Positions 38,641-51,378 of a stretch of DNA of 64,000 nt are shown piece by piece. How positions within the stretch are numbered: position 1 is the stretch's first letter; every line of letters begins with the position of its first letter. Origin of the DNA: a virus (lineage: Duplodnaviria; Caudoviricetes); the IMG/VR virus record IMGVR_UViG_3300031853_000002, positions 32,001 to 96,000 of that record; one strand, 5' to 3'. Under the pieces are notes generated by a model. That model ran no database searches. It had not been told where the DNA came from and saw only the letters and a list, made by a program, of their open reading frames with translations. Both the position numbers and the translations under genes were made by a program.

Positions 38641-41600
38641 ATGATTGTAGCAAATTTTGTAACAAACAGATCTACAATGAGTGACACTAGAACTTATGAG
38701 GATTTCTATAAGTTCCTTGGTACTCAACCTTATAAACTAGGCGTTGTGTCTAGACTTTATCCTGAACTAACTGCTTCTTACTTAACAGAATCTCTTAGAA
38801 ACATTTTCTATCAAAGTAGAAAAGGTGGTAACAAGTATCAGTCTATAGATGCTATGTACTTTGAATGGGATGTTGAAACAAACTATATTAAGAGAGTAGA
38901 GTTTGCAGCAGTTCCAGAAACAGATGGTGCAGATGGTCAAGAAATCGTTATGGCTTTCAAAGAAAGATACTATGAAAAGTATGACATCTTTAAGATTGAT
39001 GAAACTGGGCAGCAATGTTTTGTTGTAGCAAGACCTGTAAGAAAGGCTGATAATTACTGGGAAGTAACTGTTCGTCTTATTGATAATGACTATAAGTCAG
39101 TTCTTGACCTTAGTGGTTGTCAAATTGGTATGACTACAAGATTCTAGAGCAATGCTGTACCTGAAATGCATGAGGAAGGTTTGAACACTTTATATGGTAA
39201 ACACCTAATTTTTACATAGCTTTCCTCCGCTGCTTAAGCAGTGTAAAATTAAATAAATATTTCTAATTGCTGGAACACCCACAGGGTCAATCAGCAGCGA
39301 AGCCTTAGAGATTACAAGCAAATTTTGAAGTACTAAGGAACGTTCAACGACTAGTCCGAAGGACGTAGGAGAAATAAACTCCGAAATGGAATAAATCTAA
39401 AACTTAAATAAATTATGAAATATATTGTATATCAAACTGTTAATAAAGTTAATAATAAGATATATGTTGGAGTTCATGGAACAGAAACTCCTGATGAATT
39501 TGATGGCTACCTAGGAAATGGGGTTAGTATATATAGGCCCGCTACATATCTTAATCCTAAAACTCATTTTCAATATGCAGTAAAGAAATATGGCGTCAAG
39601 AATTTTATAAGAACTACTCTTAAAATATTTGATAAGGAAGAAGATGCCTATAAGATGGAAGCAGAGATTGTAAACGAGGAATTTCTTAAACGAGAAGATG
39701 TTTATAACTTGGCTTTAGGTGGAAAATTAAATTATGATAATTTACATAATCCTAAGAAAAAGGTATATATGTATGACTTAGATGGAAATTTTGAAAGAGA
39801 ATTTGATAGTGTAAACTCAGCTGGAAGGTTTCTGAATCCTTCTGCTGCAGGAGCAGGACATCTTCCAAGGGCTATAAAAGAAGGACATCAATTTCTTGGA
39901 CATCAATTTTCTTATGAAAAAGTTCCATTTATGAAGAAATTAAAATGCAGAAAAATGGGAACAGTTGATAAACCTTATATAGGAGGAAAAGTAGGACGCT
40001 ATAATGATGAAGGAAAACTACTTGAAACTTTCAATACAATGACTGACTGTATAAAAGCAGGTTATAAAAATGCAAAACTTGTAGCACAGGGTAAGCGAGA
40101 ACATTGTAAAGGCTTTATATTTAAGTATTTAGATTAAGATATAGTCTGAACACTATGGCAACATAGTGATAACAAAGTGTATGTTAAGTATTAGAGCAAT
40201 ATTGAGAAACATCGTAACTATATTACAACTCACCGTGTTGATGACAGTTATTCTGCTCAGTATGGTGCATTTGAAGATAAGTTTATTTCTATTGGTGAAG
40301 GAAAGGGACAAGGTAGTCTTACTGAAACTATCTATAGAATGGATAAGATCGAAAAGAACTTACTTGATAACTTCCTATATGTAAGAAATAATGGTTTACT
40401 CTTCAACAAGACTAACGTCGATGTAAATGGCAAACCAACTATTTCTGATCCAGATACAGGTAGACCTATCTATATTGGTGATGGTATAATTCCACAGGTA
40501 GAGAGATTCGCAAGTAAGTATGCATTTGTTAAACTTACTATTGAAGTTTTCAATGTGGTTATTGCTACTCTTAATGAGAAAGCTAAGAACCCAACTGGTA
40601 ATAAGTACATGTTCATCTGTAATGAAAGAATGTGGTCACTTATTCAGACTGTTCTTGGAGACTTCTTAGCTAAGTATAAGACAGAAGGTACATATATTTA
40701 TAGTAAGCAAGCTAATGGCTACGTAAAGGTTGGTGCAACATTCGATTCTTATGAATATGGTGGCAACCAAATTACCTTTAAGGTAGATAGAACATTCTCT
40801 AGAGAGTATGGTCAAGATAAAGGTTATTGCTTATGCTTAGATTTAACTGCTGATGCTACTGAAGCTGAACCACCAATTCAAATGTTTACACTTAAGGGTG
40901 GTGACTTCATTTCTAATAAGTATATTGGTGTAGGTGGACGTAATGGATTAAGCTCAGGTGAAGTTGCTTCTCCTGTTGCTGCTTCAAAGCTAAATTTATT
41001 GGCGTGCTAATCAGTAATGATTAGTTTAAATTTTCCTTAAATGCTGGAAACTCCTTATAAAAGGACAATCAGCAGCTATTATATACATGAAGTCTGTTAC
41101 AGACTCTGATATATTGTAGTTCAACGACTAGTTCAACAAGAACGTACATTCAAGTGAATGGAAATGGGAAATAACTTAATTATGAAATATATTGTATATT
41201 GTACTACATGTACAGAAAATGGAAAAGTGTATATAGGTGTACACAAAACGGAAGATCCAGATAAATTTGATGGTTATATAGGAAATGGTATAGAAGTAGG
41301 ATGGAATATAAAAAATCCTCATACTGCTTTTCAATATGCACTTAAAAAATATGGGTATTCTAAATTTAAAAGAGCAACATTATATGTTTTTGATAATGCA
41401 GAATCTGCTTATTCTAAAGAAGCAGAGATAGTAAATAAAGACTTTATAAAAAGACATGATAATTATAACACTTGTCTTGGAGGTATTCATGCTGGAGTTA
41501 TATATGATACTCTTTATCAATACTCTTATGAAGGAAAACTTATTAAAGAATGGGACTCAATAGGAGAAGCCATAAGATATTATGGATGTAATTCTAATAG

Positions 41601-42393
41601 ATTCAATATGGCTATAAAAGATAAGAGAAGTGCTTTTAATTCTTATTGGTCTAAAACAAAATATGATATTCTTGATATAAGTCTTTATAGAAAAAGCAAG
41701 CATTCAGAAATAAACTGTTATGAATCTAACGGAGATTTATTTAAAGTTTATGAAAATGTTCAAGACATAATTCAAGACTTAGGATTTACAAAAGCCTCAA
41801 TAGAAGATGCATTATCACATAAAATCCCCTTAAAAGGATTTTACTTTATCTCTGATGGTTCGGATATAAATAATATAATAAAAATTAGAGAACTTGTTTA
41901 TTCTTTAACTGATAAAAGTGTTTCCAAATATAAAGATGGAAAATTAGTTAAAACTTACACGAATTTAACTCAAGCAGCTAAAGAAAATGATTTAAGTTCT
42001 ACTCATATTAAAAAATCTATTATTTCAAGAAATGGAGAATGGGCATATGGCTATTCTGAATTGTTTGAAAATAGTTCTATAGAACCAACAGGACTAAAAA
42101 TTGATCAATTTGACCTAGAAGGAAATTTTATAAAAACATGGAATAGTTACTCTGAGTGTAGAAAAGAACATCCAAATGTTAAACAAGTATTAACAGGAGG
42201 AAGAAACCAAACACATGGATATACATTTAAAATTCATAATATAAGTTAAAGATATAGTCTAATCTTGTAGGTAACTACAAGCAATATGGGTCATTTAGTA
42301 ACGTAAATGATTAAATATAATTGGATAAACTGGGGTTACTCAGGTGTAGGAGTTTTCAATCCTTACAGAAGCTTTATACTTAGAGAAGTTTAA
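38641..42393 (+). CDS. Major capsid protein, spliced join(38641..39180,40180..40991,42324..42393), ~473 aa
   Basis: crAss-type MCP sequence; removing two group I introns restores ...EMHEEG|YVKYQSNIEKHRN... and ...VAASKL|INWGYSGVGVFNPYRSFILREV*. Confidence 0.92.
39181..40179 (+). mobile_element. Group I intron 1 in MCP (999 nt)
   Basis: P1 gaggaaggu/gcuuuccuc with U.G at the splice site; P aattgctggaa, Q aatcagcag, R gttcaacgacta, S aagatatagtct; P9 cactatg-gcaa-catagtg; terminal G; P10 acata/tatgt. Confidence 0.93.
39415..40137 (+). CDS. Intron-encoded GIY-YIG homing endonuclease, 240 aa
   Basis: MKYIVY..NNKIYVGVH, YLGNG, E..YNL motifs and VYMYDLDG..EF NUMOD1-like repeats; no TAG. Confidence 0.9.
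   Translation: MKYIVYQTVNKVNNKIYVGVHGTETPDEFDGYLGNGVSIYRPATYLNPKTHFQYAVKKYGVKNFIRTTLKIFDKEEDAYKMEAEIVNEEFLKREDVYNLALGGKLNYDNLHNPKKKVYMYDLDGNFEREFDSVNSAGRFLNPSAAGAGHLPRAIKEGHQFLGHQFSYEKVPFMKKLKCRKMGTVDKPYIGGKVGRYNDEGKLLETFNTMTDCIKAGYKNAKLVAQGKREHCKGFIFKYLD
40992..42323 (+). mobile_element. Group I intron 2 in MCP (1332 nt)
   Basis: P aaatgctggaa, Q aatcagcag, R gttcaacgacta, S aagatatagtct; P9 cttgtag-gtaa-ctacaag; P1 gcu/ggc; P10 tttatt/gataaa; terminal G 42323. Confidence 0.9.
41182..42249 (+). CDS. Intron-encoded GIY-YIG homing endonuclease, 355 aa
   Basis: MKYIVY..NGKVYIGVH start matching the first endonuclease; several NUMOD1-like repeats; no TAG. Confidence 0.9.
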   Translation: MKYIVYCTTCTENGKVYIGVHKTEDPDKFDGYIGNGIEVGWNIKNPHTAFQYALKKYGYSKFKRATLYVFDNAESAYSKEAEIVNKDFIKRHDNYNTCLGGIHAGVIYDTLYQYSYEGKLIKEWDSIGEAIRYYGCNSNRFNMAIKDKRSAFNSYWSKTKYDILDISLYRKSKHSEINCYESNGDLFKVYENVQDIIQDLGFTKASIEDALSHKIPLKGFYFISDGSDINNIIKIRELVYSLTDKSVSKYKDGKLVKTYTNLTQAAKENDLSSTHIKKSIISRNGEWAYGYSELFENSSIEPTGLKIDQFDLEGNFIKTWNSYSECRKEHPNVKQVLTGGRNQTHGYTFKIHNIS

Positions 42394-42405
42394 TTATAAG
42401 ATAAG

Positions 42406-42439
42406 GGAAGGGGAGTAAAAGCCTCCTCTTCCATATTTT
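42406..42439 (+). terminator. Terminator/hairpin after MCP
   Basis: ggaaggggag-taaaagc-ctcctcttcc followed by atatttt. Confidence 0.7.
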
Positions 42440-42464
42440 AAATATAAATTTATTCAATGATAAT

Positions 42465-43316
42465 ATGAGTATGACAAAAGAAAACTACATAGTACTACGT
42501 AGTGTTTATGGTAAGGTAGGAATAAAATATTACATACAACCTTGTAAAGATCCAAAAACTAATAGATATCCTGAGTGTGTAAAGCCCACTAACGCTTTAG
42601 GAGATTTAATTCTTACTGACGCTGAAAGAAATAGTGGACGATATTTTGTAAAAGAAGGAGAACAAATCACAGTAGAGGATGGAACTGTATTTAATCTTGA
42701 TGATGATATACAGAAAGCATAGTGGGAAGCTATTAAACATTGTCCCTTGATTGCTCCAGAAAGATGGGCTAAAGATTCAAAAGGTGACTATCTTATTGAT
42801 GGTACAATGGATTGGAAAGCTAAAAGACCTCGCTATGGTGTTGCTGAACTTTATGTGGATCGTCCTGGTGAAGAAACAAGACAAAGAGTTTCTAAGAAAA
42901 AGAAGATTTTACAAGCTTCAGATTTCATTATAAACGATGATCATGGAGCAGATGGAAGACTTACTATGGCTAAGATTTTAGGTAAACATATGTCAGGACA
43001 ATCAGATGCTGATGTTGAAGATTATCTATTACAAATAGCTGAGAAAGATCCAGATAAAATTATTAAGCTTTACACAGGAGGAGAACTATCCTTACGTATT
43101 CTTCTTGTTGATGCTCGTGAAGCTGGAGTTATCTTTGTTCGTGATAAGATGTACTGGTATAGTGATAAGATTCTTGGAGGAACAGATGATGCAGCTATTA
43201 CATGGATGAAAAATCCAAAGAATAAAAAAATTGTTGAACTTATAAAGAAAGATACTTATCCAGAGTTATATCCTGACGAGATAGATAATAGTCAGGGGAA
43301 AGATAAGACAAAATAA
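42465..43316 (+). CDS. Conserved crAss-like protein downstream of MCP, 283 aa (1 TAG)
   Basis: Joins ORFs 42465 and 42747 across TAG 42720. Confidence 0.8.
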
Positions 43317-43335
43317 ACTTTAAAGTTTATAAATT

Positions 43336-44475
43336 ATGACTGCAAGACAGGTATATGAAGCTGTTTTAATTGAACTAAATAAGTCTCAAGCACCTAACTT
43401 ACTGCTTGAAGATTTTAATTACTTCTTTAATAAGGCTGTCGATTAGTATGTAAATAGAAGATATAACATTTATGATATTAACCAGCAAACAACTGATGAC
43501 GTAAGAGTATTAAAATCTACTGTTACTCTAGAAGTAAAAGATAATAATAATGCTGGATCAAAAAATGGAATAGATGTTACTAGGAAGGGATCACTTTATA
43601 ATTCTGTATATGAGTTCGATCTTCCAACTGATTATTTACATCTTTTAAACTGTATTTGTGAATATAAGGTAATGAAACCTTTTAAGTGCTACGATGCTAA
43701 CACTTATGTACAATTTTCTGCAGAAAGACTAACTGCTGATAGCTGGTCTACTGTAATCAATAATGTTTATACTCGTCCTACTTACAAGAGACCTTACTAT
43801 TATTTACATAATGTAAACAGAGAACTAGTTCAAAGTGAAGGACAATATTTAGATTATACTTCACATCATTATGATGGAACCAGTGGTAACTCTGAACCAA
43901 CACAAAGAATAGATTTACCTACAGATCCTTATGGTTCTGATATTAAATCTATAGGTACTAACTTTGCTGATAGTGACACTTATGGAGAAAATGTAATAGT
44001 AGATGGACATATTACAGATAAGAATGGAAACTTATATGCTAATGATAAGTCCACAACTGGAGGAGTTAGTAGAGTTATAGATATTAAAGGTACTGGTGCA
44101 TCAGCAGGAACTTCTACACAAGTAAATGCTGTAGAAAAACTTGGACAAATTCGTTATGGTAATCCAGGAAATGTACGTATTGAGATAAGATACGGTAAAG
44201 ACAACTCTTTATTCCAACTTGAGAGAGTTTATGTAGATTACATTAAAGCTCCACAACATATAAGACTATCTCAAGAACAGTTAGATTTAACTGAGGATAC
44301 TTCTCAAATGATGGAATTCCCAGATTATGTATGTCAAGAGATTATAAATGAGTTGGTACATATAGTTATGGAAAATGGACGTGATGATCGTCTTAATACC
44401 CATATCCCAGTTTCACAAACTATTGCTAATCCAGCTCAGCAATAGGAACAACCTCAACCAACAAGGAGAGGCTAA
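43336..44475 (+). CDS. Putative tail ring protein, ~379 aa (code 15)
   Basis: MTARQVYEAVLIELNK..EDFNYFFNKA..QQTTDDVRVL, LPTDYLHLL, YIKAP..EFPDYVCQEII motifs; position in the crAss head-tail block. Confidence 0.7.
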
Positions 44476-44491
44476 TAAATAATTAAAAAGT

Positions 44492-45415
44492 ATGTTTCAA
44501 TTTATAACAACTACTATCGTAAATAGTCTTTAGGACTATAATTTCCCTGCTAATAATCTTATTACTGAAGTGAAAGAAGGTAATACTGTAGTGGGAATTC
44601 ATATCAAGAGAGATTTTAAATTTTTAGCAGCTAATATCGAAGCTATCTATAAGAGAGCTGCTTCTGATCCAGTGTTAGCTCAAGCTACCGTAGATCTAAC
44701 TGAAGTAACTGCTCCTATAGTAGACACTACTTTTAGAATTGCTATTTATATTAGACTATCAGGTTCTCAGAATTCATATTATGCAAATGACTTTGTTTTC
44801 AAAGGTAAGCCTTTCTATATTGAATTCTTATGGAGAGTTGGAGAAACTGCTGCTAATGTAGCAAAGAAAGTTATAAAGATAGCAAAGAAATATCAGCAAA
44901 TGGTTTATGAATATCAATTACTTGATATTACTGAAGCCGCTGGTGTTATCACAATCAAAGGTACAGATGAATACCAAACTCTAACTAAGGTAGATCTAGA
45001 GAAGTTTGACGAAAATGAAGGTCCTTGGCAAGAAGGTGGGCATGTTGGAGCATTTATTCCAGTTGATACCTTAGATACGGATAGTGTCTATCATACAGGA
45101 GATGTTGTTGCACTTGTTCAGCAAGCAAAACAAGGCTTTGGTACATATAGAAACATGATTAAGGATTATAGACTTCCTACTGCTTCTAACACTCGTTGGA
45201 ACAAAATCATACAGGACGAAACTCCTATTGTAGGTGCCAAGTACAATCAATATACTATTGTACAGTGTGTTAATAGAGGTATCATGGGTGGAGATGCTGT
45301 TGGTGAAGTTGTTAAATCTAAGACTACTCACGTATTCTTTGTAAAGTCTGACTTAGCTACTGCTTTTGAAACAGAACTTGCTAAGATTGGTACTGTTACA
45401 GCTGTTACAGATTGA
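44492..45415 (+). CDS. Putative auxiliary capsid/structural protein, 307 aa (1 TAG)
   Basis: MFQFITTTIVN start extends ORF 44570; followed by a terminator. Function inferred from synteny only. Confidence 0.6.
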
Positions 45416-45436
45416 TATTTATCCAATTAAAGAATA

Positions 45437-45467
45437 GGGCGGGGGCTTGAGCCCTTGCCCATTTTTT
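45437..45467 (+). terminator. Rho-independent terminator
   Basis: gggcgggggc-ttga-gcccttgccc followed by atttttt. Confidence 0.88.
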
Positions 45468-45471
45468 GTTT

Positions 45472-46140
45472 ATGCTTATCAAAAAATTAGCAGACGCAAT
45501 TTATAACGATGTTGTATCAGGTCTTTAGGGATATCATCATAATCCTTCTATTTCAATGGAATAGTTAGAGGATGATGTAGTAGATGAAAGATTACAAATA
45601 TTAAATGAACATTTTTTAAAAGGAAATCTTCCTATTAAAGACTTAATAATTGCAATTAATTGTATCCCTGTAGATTGTAAAGACCTAGAAAGATGTAGAT
45701 GCCGAGAAAGTATAGGTACTACTCCAAATGCTCATTTTGAAATGCCTTAGGTATTTAATAACAATATTGAATATATAGGTTCTATTGATAGACAACTTCC
45801 ATTTCTATTTTATACATCTTCCTATTAGTGGAACTTTTATCATAAATTTCGCAAAAGAGGAAAAAATAAACCATTTGTATATGTTGATACTTCCCCAAAC
45901 GAAAATGGAATGTATGATGCCTATATATTTAATGCCCCTATGATTAAATAGGTTTCAGTAGTAGCTATATTTAAAGATCCTAGATAGCTAGAGAATTACG
46001 CTTGTTGTTCTGATTTAGATGATGATAACTTTTCCTTTTTAAATAATGAAATAAAAAGAAGACTTACAGAAAAGAAGTTACGTTATTATAGACAATTAGC
46101 TATGTCTCCATTACCAAACGATCAATCTTATAAACCATAA
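45472..46140 (+). CDS. Putative tail ring protein, 222 aa (code 15)
   Basis: MLIKKLADAIYNDVVSGLQG..., AIFKDPR; TAATG coupling; absent from the ORF track. Confidence 0.7.
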
Positions 46141-46832
46141 TGGAAAAATTTGGATATGCAATGTTCTTAGCCAATCAATTATATGGATTAGAGTTACTTC
46201 CAGATGACTTTGAAGAAATAGGATTGGTGGCTTGGAGAATGATTGGAAATAAAAGATAGAAATTATATAGATATTGTACAGAAATAAATTGTTCTTCTAA
46301 TACTATAGAACTTCCATGTAATTGTGATGATATAGAAGCAATTACTTATGGATTTGAAGATTGGAACTTTGTATCTAATCTTTATCCAAATGGGGATCCT
46401 TATTCTGCATGGGCTGAGGACTATATAGAATCTAGAAAGGCTTTTGAAAATCCTTTATATATAGGAGGACGTTATGTACATTATGAAAGAGTTGGAAATA
46501 CACTTTATCTAGATGGAAAGTACTTTGGAAAAATCTTTATTCTTTATAAAGGAACTATATTAGATGACGATGGACTTCCAGAGATTACTGAAGAAGAAGC
46601 AATGGCTATAGCTGCATTCTGTGCTTATTACTCTAAATTTAAAGAAGCTTTAAGAACTAACAACAAAAATATTCTAGAAATGGCTAATATTTTAGAACGT
46701 AAGTGGAAAACTTTATGCTCTTAGGCTAGAGTTCCACAATCTGTATCACAGAATGAATGGAATGAAATTCTAGATGCTAAAGTCAATTGGAATAGAAAAA
46801 TATTTAATAAATCTTATAAACCTTTAAAATAA
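46140..46832 (+). CDS. Putative tail tubular (ring) protein, 230 aa (code 15)
   Basis: ELPCNC, ILYKGTILDDDGLPEI and W..LCSQAR motifs; TAATG at both ends; absent from the ORF track. Confidence 0.7.
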
Positions 46833-46978
46833 TGTATCAGAAAGCAATGCCTGCAGGAAGTGCAGGAATTATGGCAGCTTCCTATGGAATGGAAGCAATT
46901 TTAAAACCAACAGAAGTAGCAATTCCAGAACCAGAGGAGACACCTGTAGTTCCAGAGAAACCTATAGTTGAACCTTAA
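46832..46978 (+). CDS. Small Pro/Glu-rich protein, 48 aa
   Basis: TAATG-coupled start; fills the gap to 46990. Confidence 0.55.
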   Translation: MYQKAMPAGSAGIMAASYGMEAILKPTEVAIPEPEETPVVPEKPIVEP

Positions 46979-46989
46979 GAACCTGGAGA

Positions 46990-47436
46990 ATGAACTACGC
47001 AACAGGATATGCGTTTAATACGGATGAAATATTCGAGAATTTTCCGTATGATAAACTATTAGTAACCTGTAGTGATTGTAATATTGTTAATGGAGATTAT
47101 CATAAAGATAAATTAGTTAAGCGCGTTTTCAAGGACGCGCTTAAACTAATACTTACCGATATCATTGATAATAATGTTACATTTCAACTGCCTACTGGAA
47201 GTAGAAGAGCTGAAATACATGTATTAAATACTACAGGTAAATAGTTTTAGCAAGCTAGAAAAAGAGGTAAATGGAAAGAAGTAGACTTCCTAGCTTCTAA
47301 TTTTACAGGTAATCAATTAGTTTTAGAACTATATGGTAAAAAAGATTCTATTAGTAGACGTAAACCTATATATGTAGATAAGCGTCTTAAAGATAGATTA
47401 ACTGAACATACAAACAATGGAAAGTAGTACTGCTAA
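46990..47436 (+). CDS. crAss IHF-like protein (putative), 148 aa (code 15)
   Basis: LILTDIIDNNVTFQLP HU/IHF-like segment, basic C-terminal half, synteny; TAATG coupling. Confidence 0.55.
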
Positions 47437-48029
47437 TGCAAATAAAAACGATTAATGATTATTATGAAAATGTACGTGAACTATGGCCAAGACTACCTGA
47501 AAAGGATATAAAGAGAATTTTAAATTTTGGATTCAAAGCTTTATATTTACATAATAGTTATGGTGGTGATACCTTTATAAAGGACAAGGATTTCTTATGT
47601 TATATAGGATATCTTAGAAATAATTCTATAGCTCACTATCATTACTATATAAAAAAATTAATAATAAAATTAAGAGTTCTTTATAAAAGACGAAAGATTT
47701 AGTGGGATGGTTATTATTACTTTGCTCTACGTGATGACTAGTATGAAAATTATATAAGTCAAAAGAAAAGAAGAGGCCGTCCAAAAAAATGGTTTGAATA
47801 TGGTTTAATTATGTTATATAAGATAAAAGAAGAATGTCTTATATCACAACATAATTGTAAATATATATTTAAAGTTCCATATAAAAGTGATATTGGAATT
47901 AGATCTTTATAGAGAAATTTTATTAGTGATTGTGCAGAACTAATTGAAACTAGATAGCCATTAAAATTAAAAGATATTCTAGTTACTAATTATAAATATT
48001 AGATATTAAATGAAAAAGGAAACAACTAA
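47436..48029 (+). CDS. Basic hypothetical protein (possibly second IHF-like), 197 aa (code 15)
   Basis: ORF 47436 continues through TAGs to TAA 48027; KKRRGRPKK motif. Confidence 0.65.
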
Positions 48030-51000
48030 TACATTTGAAGGTGGAATGATAAAAGATCTTCATCCATTAACTACTCCAAATAATGTATTGACTGATGCTT
48101 TAAATGCTACATATATTACTTATAATGGTAATGAAAGTATCTTACAAAATGATATGGGTAATGTAGAAATTAAGCATGCACTTTTAAAAGCTGGTTATGT
48201 TCCTGTAGGAATGAAAGAACATGGTGGAATAATTTATGTTGCAGCTTATAATCCTCAAACTGGAAAAGGGCAAGTAGGTTCTTTCCCTTCTCCATAGCAA
48301 TTATGGGAAAGTGAAAATTGGACAGTAAATGCGCCTAAAAATATAATTCCTACAGTAAATATTCCAACTATTTTTTATGAAGGATCTTTTATAATAAATG
48401 AAATAGTAAAACAAGAACTATTTAAAAGTCAAGATGGAGAACCTAGAATATTTCATCCTGGAGACAAATATATAATAAAATTTCCAGCTAAAAGTAGCAT
48501 TACTCCTTATATAAATAATGACTATATGGATATATAGCTAGGAGTAATAAAATCAGATGGAGGAATAGATATTATGAAAACTTGGAATAAAGATAATTCT
48601 GGAGAATTTCTTTATGGAGGTGATGCAGACCCCTCTACCCTTTTATCTAATCCTACAGTAGTACAAATATTTGATGCTTCATCTTCTGGCGAAATGATTC
48701 TTATATTTAATTTACATACTTTAGACTCTTTTAATTTATTAAGAGAATACTCTTTAGCTGGTGAAAATATTAGAGTTACATTTAGAGGGGAAGGGCAAAA
48801 AGATGGGGTCACTTATACAAGTAGTGGAAGTGATGGTAGATTAAGACTAACTAAAGGACAAATAGTAAATGATAGTATTTCTGTTACAGCTTCAGATCAA
48901 ACTTCTGTAAATGTTGAAGGAAAAACTGGAAAGACTAAACTTGTTATTTATCCTAACGTTCCATTTGGAATTATTAAAAGGATGGGACGTACAATGACAA
49001 TCGATTTTGATAAAATTAGAAAGAATCAGGACGAATTCTCAGAATGGAGATTCTTTGTTACTGATACTTATATGAAAATAGGATGGGCTTATGATTTCTA
49101 TAATTTAGATGGAAGTAAAGAAATTGATTATATAAGAATGTATTTCCATAAATTAGAAAATGGGTATACTTCTACTAATAAGGAAGAACTTCCACATATA
49201 GATATTTAGAGGGAATCATATAATGGAAACTTTGAAGATTACATTGACTATAATCAAATAGGTCTACAATATAAAAATATTTATATAACTGAAATTGTAA
49301 GAAAATTTAAAAATGAAGAAAATGAAGAAATAATAGGATTTAAAATGCTATACCTTAGTAAGTTATATAATGAACAATATAATGGATTTTATGAAAATAA
49401 AGCTATAGGTCTTTCTGGAGAAGATGGAGACACTCAAGAACGTAAACCCGAATATAATTCTATAACAGTAAAATCAGTAAATATTGACTTTAAAAATGAT
49501 TCTGATATAACATTATCAGAATCCAAAACTAAAGTACAAAAACCTGGAGAACAGACTTTAGGGCATGAGGTTAATACAGTTGATGTAGATCCTACATTAT
49601 ATATAAATGAATTAAATGCTGAATAGTTAGAGAGTTTATCTAATAAATACTATCTTACTGAAGTACATAATAAATATAATGTAAGTCTAAAATTAAAAGG
49701 GGAAATAAGTGACTATGAGGAAGGAATAATAGGAGTCCCTAGAACAGACCTAATTCCTTCTATAATAAATAATTGTGATTTAAGTGGTAATCTAAGCGTT
49801 GAGTATGAACCTCAATGGAACAGTACATCTAGTATTGTATTTCCGGGAATAATTACTAATTCTCCAAGTGTAATAAATAATGGAACTAAAACATCTTAGG
49901 ATGAGTATCTTGAATTTAGTAATATTATAGTAAATGATTATAGATATATTCAAGGAAGAGCCTCTGGATTATAGACAAGTTCATATGAAACAAAAGGTTT
50001 AACTCCAATGTATTCATCTAAATAGGCTTCTGATAAAAAATCTAGAGTTGCTCCATATTGGAATAAAGAAAGTGGAACTCTTTGTATAGGAGGTGAAGGG
50101 GATGCAAGTGAAACTATTTATCATAGCTGTACTTTAAGACCTAATGGAGATTTAGTACTAGGTCCAGATGCTGGAGGTGGTAATGATGATGGTGGACTTT
50201 CTTCTGCTTCATATCTAATGCATGATCCAATGACTAATATGTTTACTGGTATTTCTGGAGAGGATTCCGAAATTACTTTTAAGGATATGCATGGTTAGGG
50301 TGGATGTGCTTTTGAGGACTAGGAGAGAGGTTTTATTAGTCATAATGTAAATAAAGGAGGAAATAATATTAGGCATCAAAGCGGTGATTATTTAATTGCT
50401 TGTTGGAAATTTACTGATGGAACTACACATTTAGTAAATCTTATGAGTAGAAGAACTTAGGATAAACCTGATGCTTCTGCAAAATGGCCAAGACTTGATG
50501 TAATGCTTAGATGCATTCTTAGTCAATTATTCACTGTTAATAAAATTACTCATAATGCAGAATATATTACTACAGATGAAAAGTTCTATTAGTATGAATA
50601 TGGTAAATCAAAACTAAAAGTTAAATTAAGCTTGAACCCTTCGCAGTTTAATCTTATAAAGAATGATATAATGACCAGTACAAAAAATACTACAAAGCCT
50701 CTTACTAATTATTTGACGGAGGATTGGTCTTATTATGAAGGAGCATTGCATATAGGAGGGAAATCTTATCCTATGGTAAATTTGATTCCAGAAGTACAAG
50801 CTTCTATACCAACTATTGATGACGATATAGAAATAGAACTTCCTGAATTTGATTTAGATGTACTTTTGCAATATTATTTTGGAGTTCAATATACATAGAA
50901 ATAGGAGAATGATCTTGATGTAAAAGCTATATATGCTATAGACACAACAAAATATGCAGATAATGCTGCTATTTGTGAAGAAACAAATGGAAATTATCCA

Positions 51001-51378
51001 AAATGTAGAGCAGATGGAACATATAATTGGTCTGGAACTCCTAAATGCGTACCTATTACATAGTCTAATACTATATTTAAAATGCACAGATGGGATAATC
51101 CATCTAGTATTGTTACTTTTCCAAGATTCTATAGTCATTTCATTACAAAAGCTAAGCGTGATGACTGGACTGATATTCCAGAGGGAGAAGAAAATGAAAT
51201 ATTAGCAGAGGCTCCTATCAATTATGACTCTTCGGATAGTAATTCGGAGCAGGCATACGGTTATTGGACTAATGCTCATGTTGAAGATGCACCAGATCTA
51301 TATATTAAAACTTTGTATAGTCCATAGATATCAGCGTTATGGGATATACCACGTAAAAGTGCTAATTGGAATCCATGA
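48010..51378 (+). CDS. Tail stabilisation/muzzle-related protein A, ~1122 aa (code 15)
   Basis: NTFEGGMIKD..DALNAT..LQNDMGN N-terminus; joins five fragments; ATGA end. Confidence 0.7.

Noticed and set aside
40339-41010. Independent 223 aa gene
   Set aside because: It is most of MCP exon 2 running into intron 2; the overlapping ORF 40166-40384 is off-frame.
41158-41181. Longer start for endonuclease 2
   Set aside because: It overlaps the intron core region; the MKYIVY start at 41182 matches the paralogue.
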